Notes under the pieces: model-generated
The model's input: the letters and a program-made list of their open reading frames with translations, nothing else
What the model was told of the DNA's origin: nothing
Database searches by the model: none
Position numbers and translations under genes: made by a program
In this document: positions 1 to 14,644 of the stretch, one piece after another
Position numbering within the stretch: the stretch's first letter is position 1
How the letters are laid out: every line of letters starts with the position of its first letter
Origin: Podarcis gaigeae
Lineage: Eukaryota
Reading direction: 5' to 3' (one strand)
Assembly: GCA_964106915.2 (NCBI GenBank)
Contig: OZ066923.1
Length of the DNA stretch: 64,000 nucleotides

Positions 1-596
1 ACGTGAATGAAAAACCGCTTCAAAAGTCATACAAATTTGTATTTATTTTACAAAAGGGGAAACATCTCAAATGAGAATTAGAGATGCTAAATAGAACAAT
101 TAGGAGTCAGTTCTGGTATAACACCCCTGCTTTTTAAACCCTGGTTGAGCAAGCAATTGTGGGCCGCAGGATTCTCTGCTTTCCGTCATGCCCTGAATCT
201 TCTGGAGCACAAATTTCTCTTGTTAGCTCTAACATTCCCTTGTTAGCTCTAACATTAAAGTATATGCAGCATCAGGATCAACTATTGCTGGCCATTAGCT
301 CCTGAAGCTCTTTCCTCTAGCGACATACTTGCGTGTAGAACCTGACAATGAGCCTTCACCTGTGACGGAACTGGGCTAAAGTAATGGGCTACAATGGGGT
401 GGAGAACTTTTGGCCCTCAAGTTGTTGGGACTACAACTCACATCACCTTTTGCCCTTGACAACACTGGCTAGGACTAATGGAATCCAACCTGTCTGGAGG
501 ACTGTAGTTTCCCTACGCTGGCGCTGCAGACAGGACCTTTATGAGTCTCATGTTAACATTTTGAAATACGTGACGTGGTTACAATGAAGGAGCTGA

Positions 597-1076
<480 letters not shown>

Positions 1077-2075
1077 TGAGGTTGCATCTAAAATGGAAGT
1101 TGGGACTAAACAGATGTGGTGATACAGAGCAAGAGCCTCTAAACTACCATTAAACTAATGTTAAATACAGGGAAAACCTTCCTAGATCCCAGCAAGCCAT
1201 GAGGATCCTGCATATTTTAATGTTTTCCAGTCTTGCCCTTTAAAATAACTTTCCATCTTGTCACTTCTTCCTCTGAAGTGTTTACCTTAGTTTCCAAAAC
1301 AGTAAGACTTAGAGCAATACTGCTGTAGTAGACACTGTTGTAGTTATGATAAAGGTACCTCATGTGATTTCTTGGGTTTGAAATGTTCCAGCTCAAGAAT
1401 CTTTTTGCTCATTAAGTCAGCAAGGTAATATCTGGAGAGTAACCAAAAAATCATGGGAAAGAAGTGATTTTTTTTATTTGTTCTGCATTTGGACTGTTGC
1501 ATGTCAGGTTGAATAATATAACAATTGTGCCCCCTTGATTCATAGAAACAGATCACTGCAGTATTTATGGAGAAGATCATCCTTCATGCATTCTAATCTT
1601 TGGCATTGTTTTTAATTTTTAATTGGCTCAGCCTATTATGTTGGTGGGATTAGACACAACATCTCATTTTGCATGTGTCTCAGAAGAATGTGCATACGTA
1701 TATATGTGTATTCTACAGGAAAAGCGTGCAGTGTTTGGAAAAGAGTCGATTTTTATATAGTTGTTTATATTTGCCATAACAAAAAAGAAAAGAAAACTGA
1801 ATATATTTGTATGCAACTCATGCAAGCTATACAATTAATCTCTGGATGCAGACTTTTTTTTAGAACACAACAGACAGGTTTTGGTTATTTATCCTGCCTG
1901 TCAACATATGCCTAGGAAAATTATAACTTATTGCAAGTTGCAACCAGCAGATTAAATAAAGACCTGCTTGGTATCTGACTGGGATGTCATTCTCAAAATA
2001 AAATCTCTGTCCAGAGTAAAATCAAGGAATTAAGGTGAAGAGAGGGGTGGCTGGCTTCTTAACTATTTGGGGTAG

Positions 2076-2273
<198 letters not shown>

Positions 2274-2275
2274 TA

Positions 2276-2405
2276 GGAACATAGGAGGCAACTTGCATTG
2301 TTTTAGACCGTTGGTCTGTCCAGCTCAATATTGGCCACCTTGACTGGCAGTGACTCTCCAGAGGTTCAGGCAGAGGTATTTCCCTGCTCTACCTGGAGAT
2401 GCTTA
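2276..2405 (-). mobile_element. tRNA-derived squamate SINE fragment (Squam3-like)
   Basis: Reverse complement resembles the SINE body seen at 22068-22150 and 25820-26440 (...gctggacagaccaacggtct...). Confidence 0.5.
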
Positions 2406-3265
2406 GGCATAGCCCATCCCCTCCTTCTTGAGAAATAACTCTCTGTACTTTATGACATCCTTTGTATGGGCGATTTTCAATCTTTCATACGAGAAGAACT
2501 TGCAACTTCTTTTTCCCCCTGGACATGTGGTCCTGCAGGGTGACTAATGTGTGCCACTCTGGACAGATTTTCCAGCTGTCCATTCAAGGTCATGCTGATC
2601 AGAGTGTAATTTGATATTTTGTTTTCTAGAACACCATTGGAAGGGTGTGTGTTTTTTGGGGGGGCCCCTCCAAAATCCAGTGTTTTTTCCCTTGTAGTTG
2701 CAAATTTAAGAGAAAGTTGACAGGTTAGAATTGCAGAGTTGGACACTCCACCATGTCACTTGCATGTTTTTTTCCTGCTGAAATTCATTTTTGAAAGCAG
2801 GGACTTGAGAAGGGGCAGCAATGGATTTGTGCTCTCCACAATTAAACTGTGGCATTTTCTGTGCCAGAACTCACTCACTCTCTTAATGTAACATTAGTTT
2901 TCCTTTGGCCTGGTAGAAAGGCCTTTAATATATCCCATTAGATTTGACCTTGAGGTTAACTGGTCACAGTATTTTTTGAGCTATTTGTATTCTTATAATT
3001 AACTATGAATTTTTAGAGAGCAGGAGTTCAAGGGGAAACTTAGGAGATGAAAGCTTTTAAATTCATCTGATTGTGTCAGCAAGCTCCTCTTGTGTCCCTT
3101 TCTGATGGCTTCTTTCTTCCCTACCCTGATGAGCATGACTCATAGCCAGCCCAAACTGATTGACCCTTCTAAATCTGCTTTAGTACTAGAAAAGTTTCCA
3201 AACCATTTTGGTAGTTATTACGTCACCTTAGAGTTTGTCTACATAAATCTCTCCTTCTTTCTCAG

Positions 3266-3424
3266 ATCATCCTGGAGAACTATTCCTATCCTGGTGTTAT
3301 GCTTATTGGCACAGATTCCCATACCCCCAATGGTGGTGGCTTGGGTGCAATCTGCATTGGAGTTGGTGGAGCTGATGCAGTTGATGTCATGGCAGGAATC
3401 CCCTGGGAGCTCAAATGCCCAAAG
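3266..3424 (+). CDS. ACO2: ACO2 exon 5
   Basis: cag|ATC...AAG|gtgaga; [27 protein letters not shown]...WELKCPK; 159 nt. Confidence 0.98.
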
Positions 3425-3741
3425 GTGAGACAGTGGAGCATATAAACGTTGTCTCCATGCAGACAGTTGGGATAGGTGAACAAGAGGGTTCTTTCTAAAG
3501 AAAAAAAGGGGGGAGTTTTACAATATCAAAATATGCTGGTGTAAATGTATATCTATTGCTTGCAAGTGGAAACTGAATTTCCACTCTTCCCTTTTTTTTA
3601 TTCTTGTAGCTTGGAAGATACACTGATGCCACTAACATTAGTTAAGCATACCTGAGCTTAATAGCAGATAAGGAATGTGAATCTCTGCTCCAAGAATATC
3701 TCTTATATTTGCAATAAGGATATTAGTAAACAGCCATTTGA

Positions 3742-3978
<237 letters not shown>

Positions 3979-4851
3979 TAGATCTAGAAAATTTTGGACT
4001 ATGAAGATTTGGGAGCTGGTGGGTAATGGTCAGATCAGTGACTGAGGATGGAAAGAAATTGTTGGTCCTTGGGAGTGGAATTAGAACACAACAAGCAGCC
4101 ATTGGCTAAGTAGATCAGCAGTGTGATGCAGAAGAATCTGTGTATTAATCCTTAATTTAAACATTAAACATTATCGGTACAGTAGTACTATAACATAGCA
4201 GTTGTAACAATATGCTAAAGGTAAGTAAACATTTATCAGTTTCAGAATTAGACCCATAAGTAGTAGCAGTTGCCAAGACATTGCCATGTCCACCTCTACA
4301 TAGCTCCAGGAATCGATTATTTCAGATACTGTATCATGATCTATTGAAATATTGCAGTGTTTAGCTGTGATATATCGCGATGTTGAAAACCAGATATCAC
4401 CCAGCCCTAGCCAGGAGTGGCAGTTTCATAGGTCTGATGGCTTCAAGTGGCTCAAGCGAGGCTTGCTTTTCTGTAAATTCATGTCGTCATGCCCCAAAAG
4501 GTGCTATCCAGAAGCGGTACACAGGTGGTTGTGTTTGGTCACTACCTGGGTCCTAAAAATACATTGGTAGTAAAATGTGACTTGTTTTCTTGGAAAAGAC
4601 AGTATTACCGCTATTAGAAGAGGAAGGGAATTTAGTAGAACTAGTGTATTAATCAAACTATCCAGTTTTTTACTGCATAGCAAATCTCTCTTTTTAAGAG
4701 AGATTTTCCTATCTAATGAGCAGTAATACCTGGCTCTTTACTCATAAGTAAAATGGTGGACTGTAGCAGGTCAGTATACTCACTTGCGAATAGCTTTAAT
4801 TACTTGGGTTCCAATCTCACTTGTGGTATGGATCACTTCTTTCAACCACAG

Positions 4852-4956
4852 GAATGGCAACTATCTGCAATATGGGAGCAGAGATTGGTGCCACCACTTC
4901 GATCTTCCCTTACAATAACCGGATGAAAACATACTTGTCCAAGACTGGACGAGCAG
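4852..4956 (+). CDS. ACO2: ACO2 exon 7
   Basis: cag|GA ATG...GCA G|gtaaga; [22 protein letters not shown]; 105 nt. Confidence 0.98.
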
Positions 4957-6309
4957 GTAAGAACTTGTGGAAGGACTTCAAGGGGTCATACAAAACGGAA
5001 GGCATTTTTCCCTTTTATTCACTTTTCTGCCTTGTGTGAAATTACGTCTTTCATTTGCGGGCTGTTTGTCTCTTATTCTAATTAAATGGATTTTAATTTC
5101 CAACATACTGCAAAGCCAAGAGGACTTCTGGGAAATACCTAAGGAAATGAAGCTCTGGAAGACATTTCATTTCATGAGTTAATGGGATAAAGCAAATCAT
5201 GAATTCAAAGGGTTGCTCCCTTAAATTGTTTAACTGAACAGAGATGGTAGGCTATTGAGAATGGGATGGGGGGTGGGGAGAAGGAGAATTGAACTGTGTC
5301 ATGTCGTTTAACTTGCAGCTTAAGTTGCAGCTTGTGTCCTTTCCTCAGTTCATGTTTTAGGCAAACATCTACTGGTCAGGGCTCTTGTAGAAGGTAACTT
5401 ATGCTATGCAATTACAATCCTCTTAAGTAAATGTAGCTAGAATGAATTAACTTTAAAACATAACTCTGCCAGTTTTATAAACCACGACTCAGAGCTACAT
5501 TCTCCAACCTGATGCCTTCCAGCTGTTGGTGAACTAAATCTCCCACCAGTCCCAGCCAGCATGAACAATAATCAGGGATGATGGAAATTGTAGTCCAACA
5601 ACATCTGGAGGGCACCAGGTTGGAAAAGTCTGGTTCAGATTATTGGAAATCAGCCATAACATATACCTGGTTTGTGTGGTTCCTCTGGCATGAGGAGAAT
5701 GGAAATGTCCTTGTCCCCAACCCTTTTGGGCCTGGAGGCACATTTTACAGAAGGAAAATGCTTAGAATCCCCTCCCCCCAAACAAGCACAACATCTACAG
5801 TCCCCTAAACAGATTTTAAAAAGGGGAAACACTCTCCCAAAATAGGCAACCCTCTCCCAACCAAATAGCTCCAGAAAAGCCCACAACTTAAATTTAAAAA
5901 AGAAAATGGGAAGGACAGGAGGTCTTGTTGGCTACTGAGAGGTGTGTCCAAGGGTTACAACCACATGGGGGATCTCAGATCAAACTGTAGTTCCATGTTG
6001 TGGAAAAGCTCCATGAAGCTTGTTTCATTCAAGGTACCCAAAACAAGGAAATACAAAGCCCAACTCAAATGATGAACCAAAATGCAAAATTGGGTACGTG
6101 CATATAAATTTCCAAATTAATATGCAATGTGTATAAATGTATATAACTTTAATCTCTTTACGTAAGTTAAATGTACAAAATATGGTGAATAATTAATATC
6201 AGTCCAGTCCTGGAGAGCCCAGTCTAGGGACCTGTTCTTTACTGCTGACTGCCTTTTGGTTTATCTCCTCTTGACCTCTGTGTTCAGCTTTCTCCCTCTC
6301 TGATTTCAG

Positions 6310-6401
6310 CGATTGCTAGTTTGGCAGATGAATTCCAAGAGCACTTGAAGCCGGATCCTGGATGTCCTTATGACCAGTTGATTGAAATTAACCTCAACGA
6401 G
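6310..6401 (+). CDS. ACO2: ACO2 exon 8
   Basis: cag|CG ATT...GAG|gtagga; [30 protein letters not shown]; 92 nt. Confidence 0.97.
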
Positions 6402-6858
6402 GTAGGATACGCTTGCTATTTTTAAAGAAACAGTTCATGTAGGAGACCTAACAAGGGCATTTTAGATGATATATTCAAATGACATTGCTCAAGAGATTTG
6501 ACACAATTCCTTTCTAAAGTTTAGTCTATATATCAGTAGGGAATATTGACTTGGAAAGAAGTCAAGTTATTGTAGCAACTTGAAATAAGGAAACTGCATA
6601 TCTTGCTCACCTTTTCACTCCTAAAATCTAGCCTAGACTTAATTTTTTCATTTATTCTGCTCTTCATGGTCCATTCTTCCTAGATTTAGATTTTTCTTCT
6701 CAACTAAAAGTGCCTATTTAAGAACAAACATTTTAAAGTGCTTCTTCATGAAAATTTCCTGTCTTGCCATTGTGTATAAAAATTGTGTTCTTGCAATGTA
6801 GTGGTCATTATTCAGAACTTTCTCAACTACTTGTGACATTTTTTTTTCCTTCCTCAAG

Positions 6859-6964
6859 CTGAAGCCCCTTATCAATGGGCCCTTCACTCCAGATCTGGCA
6901 CACACTGTAGAAGAAGTTGGTGCTGTTGCAGAAAAGAAGGGCTGGCCAGTAGATATCAGAGTTG
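6859..6964 (+). CDS. ACO2: ACO2 exon 9
   Basis: aag|CTG...GTT G|gtgagt; [15 protein letters not shown]...GWPVDIRV; 106 nt; AAG acceptor after a strong poly-T tract. Confidence 0.97.
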
Positions 6965-7483
6965 GTGAGTAGCACTTTTCCCTTGCTGATGATTCTCCAG
7001 GTAGCTTTTCTCTTCACCTTGAAAACTGAGGTAACATTACTTCAGCTGCCTCTAAGCGTGCTCTTCATAACTATCAAGCCATTTCCTGGAAGGAATGCTC
7101 TGTCTATCAGGTATACAGGTAGCTCCAGTCTTGCATGTTGGGACTACAACAGAGCTTGAAGGTCCTCATTGGCTGTGGTCTAGAATATGCAGAGCCCTCT
7201 TGTGGCAAACCTGTTCCGTAAACATGAACATTCAGTATCCCACTAGGAGTCTTCATCCTTTCTTCTTTTAAGGAGCATGCTTGAGCTATTTCACTCTCAA
7301 ATTTAATTCCAAGGGGAAGTCGGCTGTTTTTCTCTTTTAAGTGTTGCTCTAAGATACTAGAGGTTAAACAGAGAGCTTAGCTTGGAAATCTCTGGCAAAA
7401 TAAGTGCTGATATGTTACTCGTTTCTTTAATTTCTTTCCTTTTTTTAACAGGACTTGTTAAACATTTGGAGGTCTGTTACTGA

Positions 7484-7735
<252 letters not shown>

Positions 7736-7775
7736 TAGTTTTCTATTGGCTAATTCTGTTCTTTACCTTCTTCAG

Positions 7776-7849
7776 TCGAAAATCCTGCGTGACGTTGGTG
7801 GAGTGGTTCTTGCCAATGCTTGCGGGCCGTGCATAGGCCAGTGGGACCG
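7776..7849 (+). CDS. ACO2: ACO2 exon 11 (CGPC Fe-S ligands)
   Basis: cag|TCG...GAC CG|gtaaga; [25 protein letters not shown]; 74 nt. Confidence 0.98.
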
Positions 7850-8139
7850 GTAAGAGGGAATGCATTAAACTGATTTCCCATAAGAAATGAATCCTTTTAC
7901 ATTGGAAATGAAATGAATGCAGATAAAGCAAAAACTTGCAAGCAGAGATCGTTCTCCCAGATCTCAAATGAACTGGTTAGCGGGAAGAAGAGGTTTTAAA
8001 TTGTTTTTCAGCACAGCTTTGGGAACGCTGGTTGCAGAGCAATACAAAGCTTTGCACGTGGGCAGTGAACAGATAGCTATTCATAGCTTCAGGTCTCACA
8101 TTTTCTGTAGATCTTGACAAGCCTTTCTCTTTTGCTTGA

Positions 8140-8262
<123 letters not shown>

Positions 8263-8704
8263 TAGTATGTATCAGGTTTATTCTAGAAGGGGAGAGGTAG
8301 GCATCAGAAACTGGACCTGTTGCATTTCCTTTGGGAAAAGGATAAGTGGGCCTTTGAAAGCTCCAGAGCTCAAGTGGGGGAAATAGAAGAATTGTGGATA
8401 GCTTCCTTGTACTTTAAAACCTAGTGGCCCACAAGTCTTTTTGAAATGAGACTACAAATAGTTGTTCACTTGAAATTAAGGTGAGGAGATTATGCAGTCA
8501 GGTTTGGTTTCAATCTTGAGCAGATAAGTCTTCCTTGTACCCTCACATTTCATGCTAATAGTAGGCTTTCCCTCACAAGTATTTCCTTGTGAGGCATCTG
8601 AATTATGGCAAAAAAAATTAGATTGGAATGTTTAGAGTGACAGAATAGATTGAAATTTAGGAAATGGGCTTCTCTCTCACCCATAACATAGATACTTTTT
8701 TCAG

Positions 8705-8827
8705 ATTGTAACAGCCCTATCACTCGCCGGCACTCTGAAATTTAACCCGGAGGTAGACTTCCTGACAGGTTCTGATGGAAAGAAGTTCAAACTTGTGCCA
8801 CCTGATGCTGACGAGCTGCCCAAACTG
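8705..8827 (+). CDS. ACO2: ACO2 exon 13
   Basis: cag|ATT...CTG|gtaatc; [30 protein letters not shown]...ELPKL; 123 nt. Confidence 0.97.
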
Positions 8828-9292
8828 GTAATCTTCCCACTTCTTGTCAAACTTGCTTCCCATCTTACATCACCACTTGGTAGGAATATTATTAAAGGAT
8901 GATGCATTGGAAACAATGTTTTTGCCTCAGTATAGCTGTTTAAATATGAAAATGCTCTTAAGGTGGTGTGCAGAACATGAGTAGTAATCCCACTGGACAG
9001 AGACCGTTGTCTTATCTGAGTGAGATAGATGTGGGAGGTGGGAGCAGGCAGTCAACAGCGATGGCAGAAAAGAGTTGAAACTAGGGAAGATCACATGATT
9101 CAAGGAACACCTGAAGATGGCCGAGCAGAGAGATGACTGATGGGGGAATTCCTTGAGATACCCTTTCTTTGTGATCCTGAAATACAAAATATGTGGCCTT
9201 GCATGAATACTATGAATTTGGGGTTTTTTCTCTTCTGGATAAGGTTGGCTTCCTCCTTACATCCCGTTGCTTTTAATAATAATTTCCTTCAG

Positions 9293-9448
9293 GAATTTGA
9301 TCCAGGACAGGACACCTATCAGCACCCCCCCAAGGATGGCAGCAGCCAGCATGTGGATGTGAGCCCCACTAGTCAGCGCTTGCAGCTCCTTGAGCCCTTT
9401 GACAAGTGGAATGGCAAGGACCTTGAAGACATGTTAATTCTCATAAAA
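9293..9448 (+). CDS. ACO2: ACO2 exon 14
   Basis: cag|GAA...AAA|gtaagg; [13 protein letters not shown]...[26 protein letters not shown]; 156 nt. Confidence 0.98.
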
Positions 9449-10344
9449 GTAAGGAGGGGAGGGAGCCTGGGTAGGGATGGGAACTATTAATTGTCCACTC
9501 ACAGCTGGAATTGGGAATGCCTGCTTCCAGGGGTCCAGTGTCACACACTTCAGGGATGTTCTGAGGTATTCTTCTGCTGGAGAGCTCCATACACACTGCC
9601 CAGGCTTGCACCCCAGGAGGTCACTTTGGTGCTGCTATCGCAGCAGTTTGGCTTCACCCCAGGAGGCATACACCTTTGTCTCTCGGGACAGACAGATGCC
9701 AACAATGTGTGATGCCTAAATTTCCCCCCAGCGGAATCAGTCTTCTGGGTAGATTTAAACAGTAGAGCTTTTATTGGAAGATTTTTTTAAAATGTTATTG
9801 TGTTACACATCCAAATGTTCCTGGCAACTCACAGCCCGTAATTTATAAGGTGGGTCCTTGAACTTTATATCACAAGCACTATGACCCCTAACCACAGTAT
9901 ACAAGGATTAGTTCCACTGATAATTTTCAGCTAATCTCTTGTGATTATGAGGTTTGCCAATTCAGTAGCTTTTAATGGAAGATCTAGGGAAAAGTTTAGT
10001 AAGTTGCATATGGACGGGATTAAACACATGGAATCTCCACATTGGCATGACAATCAAAGGATGCTAAGAATACTAAATTGGGGAACTGGAAACCCCAAAG
10101 CTTGCGGTGGTCCTCTATATAACTTAAAACAAATCAGAATAAAAAAGCATATCTCCTTTTGATTGTATAGGGTTGTATCCAGTGTTAGTTCTACTCAGAG
10201 TTGAGCCCTTGAAAATAATGACCATGAATTAGGTACCTTAATTTCAATGAGTCTGTTCCAATTAGAACTTAGTTGGATACTAGCACAGAAGGCAGCAGCC
10301 AGACTGCTGACAGGAGCAGGCTGCTTGGCAACATGTCACTTGAT

Positions 10345-10780
10345 GATGAGATAGCTGCACTGGTTACCAATTTGCAGCCAGGCCAGGTTCAAGGTTCTTG
10401 TGTTAACCCACAAAGCCCTAAACAACTTTGCCTTCAAATACCTTAAAGGACCATCTGGTTTCTGATGGTGCCTAAGGGCTTCGAATTGGGCAATCTGGTG
10501 GTCCAACATACCCCTGAAGTTCAGCGAGCCTCTGCTGGGGACCAAACCTATAGTGCAGCACACCCTGTCCTGTGGAAACCCCTAGCAGTAGAGGTTCAGT
10601 AAGAGTCATCCTTGCTTTTAGGCATCTTCTGAAAGCTATTATTCAGGCACGCCTTTCAAATGTGAGATTCTTTGCCAAGCCGCTTGTACTGATGTGTTTA
10701 TTGTCGCGTTCTGTTCTTAAGTTGCATACCACCTTGCAATATTTTATATGAAAGTGCAGTTTTAAAATATATAAATAATA
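10345..10780 (+). mobile_element. L2-like LINE 3' fragment
   Basis: Degenerate LHWLP...FKVLVLTHKALN motif typical of the L2 ORF2 C-terminus; A-rich end. Confidence 0.6.
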
Positions 10781-10871
10781 CAATACACAATAAGCCCTTG
10801 AAACTGAAACATACCTCATGTTGTCAAAATTCTCATTCTTTATACCGAGTTTCTCTTAACTTGTATTCCAG

Positions 10872-11063
10872 GTGAAAGGTAAATGCACCACTGACCACAT
10901 TTCAGCAGCAGGCCCCTGGCTCAAATTCCGTGGCCATCTGGACAATATTTCAAACAACCTGCTGATTGGAGCCATAAATATTGAGAACGATAAGGCCAAC
11001 ACAGTGAGGAACGCATTAACCCAGGAGTTTGGACCTGTTCCTGACACAGCCCGTTACTACAAG
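10872..11063 (+). CDS. ACO2: ACO2 exon 15
   Basis: cag|GTG...AAG|gtgaga; [29 protein letters not shown]...ARYYK; 192 nt. Confidence 0.98.
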
Positions 11064-12059
11064 GTGAGACTTCTCTAAGCACCACAGGGGTATGAAGGTG
11101 AATAGTTCCTAGCCACATTCTCACAAATAGCATTGCTGCCTTCTCAAAACTCATTTCTGCACTTTAAACACCATAAAGCAGGAATAAAATCTCCTCTTGA
11201 CTGTCCTGCAATTGTATAAAAGCCACCATATACTGTAGCTACTGTGCTTCAGGCACGATGTCCTGCAAAAAAAAGGCTGCTGTTCCACTTCTAGACACTA
11301 GAGGATGCTCTGGAGCCAAGGACTCCAGTCGGTTTGGTCAGAACTTATATCCGGGGCCAAACTACCATCAACTGACCTGTAAGAAAGATCCCATGAGAGG
11401 AAGGAGAGGAGTCTCCTTTAAGAGGGAGGGTATAGGGTATAGGAATGTAAGTAAAAATAAAGATTGCAGCTGGACTGTCCCCTCGACAGGGCTATCTGCT
11501 ACTTGCTGCCCTGTCTGATGGCTCCATATGGCTTGTCACATGTTGGTTTTACTCATTGTGTGTGTGTTTAATGTACTGAAATTATTTGTACGTTTTATTG
11601 GAAGCATTGTACCCTGAAAAGCGGGATATTAAAATAAGAACCTGAGAAGAGTTCTGCTTGGACCAAACCAGAGTCCCACCTAGTTTAGCATCCTGTTCTC
11701 AGTGGCCACCTAGATGCATGTGTGGTCAGCCTGCAAGCAAGACATGAGTGCAACAGCATTCTTTAATGAAATATTGTTTGTTACAATTGAACTAATTAAC
11801 TATAGTAGAATAAATTAACCAAACTAAATAAATGCAACATAGGGAAAGGTCTGGGTAGGAAAGGGGCGTTAAAAGTCCTTGGGTGCCCCCAGTTTTAACC
11901 ACAAGAACTAAGGAAGCATGTTTAGCTCTTCCCTTCTTTCTTACATGCAAAAGAAACTTAACTCTGTCCAGTAGTTTCCTATTCTGACTGCCTTCATGTG
12001 ACTTGCTGCTACGATTCATGGCCTTCAGTCTTCTTTTCCTTCAAAAGGTTACATGACAT

Positions 12060-12292
12060 CTTATTCTTATTCTCTGGCAATCATTTATAGCAGAATAAGA
12101 TTGTCTTCCCTGAACACGATCTTAACAGTGAGTCTGTAAGTGACTGTGGAGGCCAGTTCTGGATCCACACGTCCTTCCACAGTGGGGACGTAGGTTTCCG
12201 GGTGGGAGTTGATCATGGTGAGGGTTTGCCAAACGTGCCTTCCTCTTAGCACATTTCTCCCTTTTGTCCTGAGTTCGAGTGTCTGATAAGCC
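12060..12292 (-). mobile_element. RTE-clade LINE 3' end (short copy)
   Basis: Highly similar to 18045-18265; short (CTTATT)-type tail. Confidence 0.8.
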
Positions 12293-12346
12293 CTGGGATA
12301 AACCTTCATTCCTGCTTTGCCACAGCAGTCTCTCTCTTTCTGACTA

Positions 12347-12552
12347 CAGTGGTACCTCAGGTTACATATGATTCAGGTTACATACACTTCAGGTTACAGA
12401 CACCGCTAACCCAGAAATAGTGCTTCAGGTTAAGAACAGAAATTGTGCAGCGGCGGCACAGCGGCAGCAGGAGGCCCCATTAGCTAAAGTGGTGCTTCAG
12501 GTTAAGTGTGGACCTCTGGAACGAATTAAGTACTTAACCCGAGGTACCACTG
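12347..12552. mobile_element. Tc1/mariner-type (Tigger-like) MITE
   Basis: TIRs CAGTGGTACCTC...GAGGTACCACTG flanked by TA TSD; same family at 15109, 27755 and 57897. Confidence 0.9.
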
Positions 12553-12592
12553 TACTAAATGTTTTGTGTGTGTGCATCTGCTTTGTTCACAG

Positions 12593-12725
12593 AAAGAAGG
12601 TATTAACTGGGTAGTGGTTGGGGATGAAAACTACGGTGAAGGCTCAAGCCGGGAGCATGCAGCACTGGAACCACGACATCTTGGAGGAAGAGCCATCATT
12701 GTCAAGAGCTTTGCCAGGATTCATG
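12593..12725 (+). CDS. ACO2: ACO2 exon 16 (catalytic Ser in GEGSSREH)
   Basis: cag|AAA...CAT G|gtgaga; [32 protein letters not shown]...SFARIH; 133 nt. Confidence 0.98.
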
Positions 12726-14104
12726 GTGAGAACCCCACTTTTTATAGAGCCAACCAAAGTGATACGGAGGTTATACGTACAGTTGGATTTTTGTCCAAAT
12801 CCAAACATTTGCTCCCTTAGGAACTTGTGGGTGCATACATGCTTAGATCCACATCTATGCACTAGTGGTTTTCTGTAAATGTGTATGACCTCTGTTTTAT
12901 TCAAGATCCTTTCACCATATAAGTCAAAACTTACATGTCCAAAGTGGAGAGTAATCAGCTTAGTTTTTGTGCTTTAGTTACATCAGGACAGTTCAGAGGG
13001 ATTCCCTGGAGCAGAGCTGGTGTCACTGTGAACAGCCAGCTGTGGAAACCCTGGCGCATGTAGTGTGGCATCTGTCTTTGTAGTTGCCCTAAACAAAATT
13101 TAATAGCAAAGTGGTTGGGGGAGAAAGGGACCGTGAGGATAGGATGTACTGGACTTCTTGCTGACAAACCAGACCCATAGGATTATGTATGATCTAGCTA
13201 GTTTTCTAGTTGTGGTTTTGTCTAAAAAGGAATGAGATGAATCCCATAGGGTGGACTGCCAGCACAATTCACAACACTGAAAGTGGATAAAGAGTGCCAG
13301 ATAATAGGGGGTTACTAATTGTGTATTGAAATACTGAGTTAAATTATAAGTAGTAGCATTTTACCTCTTTTGCAGCTTGCTGTAGTTTATTATTACAGTT
13401 GAAGTACAAAATGTTGGATGCTGCAACATAGTACATGGTGTGATTCTGTTTTAATCATGCTCTGAGTCATCTGCTTTTTATGGCATTTAGTAATAGATTT
13501 AGACCTGTAAATGCTTATATCCAAATGGCTAATGGTACCATCTGTGTTCACTGATCTCATGTATGGAATCCAACAATATAGAAGTTAATATTCTTATCTT
13601 CTCTCTAGTTTGTTGAACTCTCATTGCAGTTAATTGTGTACAAATATTAAGGGGAAAGAGGACCCTTCCATGATTATTTTGTTGTAAAGAAAGGGTCCCC
13701 AATTCAGGGAGTTCCTTATTCTGGTGTAAACTCAAACTATAATCCTAGGCCTTAAATTCCTTCTATACTTTCTCCCTGAAAAACTGCTCATGTGTTCAGT
13801 GGCATGTTAAAGTAACAAATCTATTTCTATTGGCTGCACATTTAGAAAGCTGGAGTAATGCATGCAAGTGGGTTAACAGTTCCAGTTGAAAATCTTAAAT
13901 GATTTTCCTTTGGGATATAGAGACTTGCTTCCCTTTGTTTCTTCAGTCACATTTAATAATTTTGCTTGCTAGGATATCTGTTACTGCTTCTGTAGATGGA
14001 ATATAGACTACATTAAAAAATCATTCAGTTATTTCTTGCAACAGGCTGCTAGAATGTGTCTTGAAAGTGTTCTGCTGACTGTTTAAGTCCAATGTTCTTA
14101 ACAG

Positions 14105-14226
14105 AAACCAATCTGAAGAAACAAGGCCTCCTGCCACTAACCTTTGCTGATCCGGCTGATTATGACAAGATCCACCCTGTGGACAAGCTCAGTATTGTGG
14201 GTCTGAAAGATTTTGCTCCTGGAAAG
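14105..14226 (+). CDS. ACO2: ACO2 exon 17
   Basis: cag|AA ACC...AAG|gtaatg; [28 protein letters not shown]...APGK; 122 nt. Confidence 0.98.
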
Positions 14227-14416
14227 GTAATGGCCACAGTTTCTCAGCAATAGTCCTTCCTCTCCCTGCTTTTCTGCTGCATATTTGTAGTAGACAGCTA
14301 TTCTACAGGGCTATTGTTCCGCTTAAGTAGATCAATTTCTAAAGAACTTCTATTTTTTAAAAAAAATGCAGTTCAGATATTCTGGATTTCTCAGATGCAC
14401 CTGAACAAGCAATATA

Positions 14417-14644
14417 CAGTAATATCTTCATGAACGTCCGCCTTGTCTAGCGTCCATTCCGGCGAACGTCTGTGGCAAACCCAGAAGTACCGGAACGGGT
14501 TACTTCTGGGTTTGCCACTCACGCATGCACAGAAGCACAAACCGCTCCGCGTGCGTGCACAGACGCGGCACTTCGCCCTGCATCCTTTTCGGCTAGTGGC
14601 TGGGGCTGCGGAACGGATCCTGGCCACAACACAAGGTACAACTG
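14417..14644. mobile_element. Tc1/mariner-type MITE (second family, CpG-rich, internal hairpin)
   Basis: TA-CAGT...ACTG-TA ends with degenerate TIR; internal 18-bp perfect inverted repeat. Confidence 0.7.

Noticed and set aside
219-256. 20-bp tandem duplication of the near-palindrome TGTTAGCTCTAACA
   Set aside because: Only two copies with no spacers; consistent with simple slippage. Similar local duplications occur at ~45307-45361 and 61803-61833.
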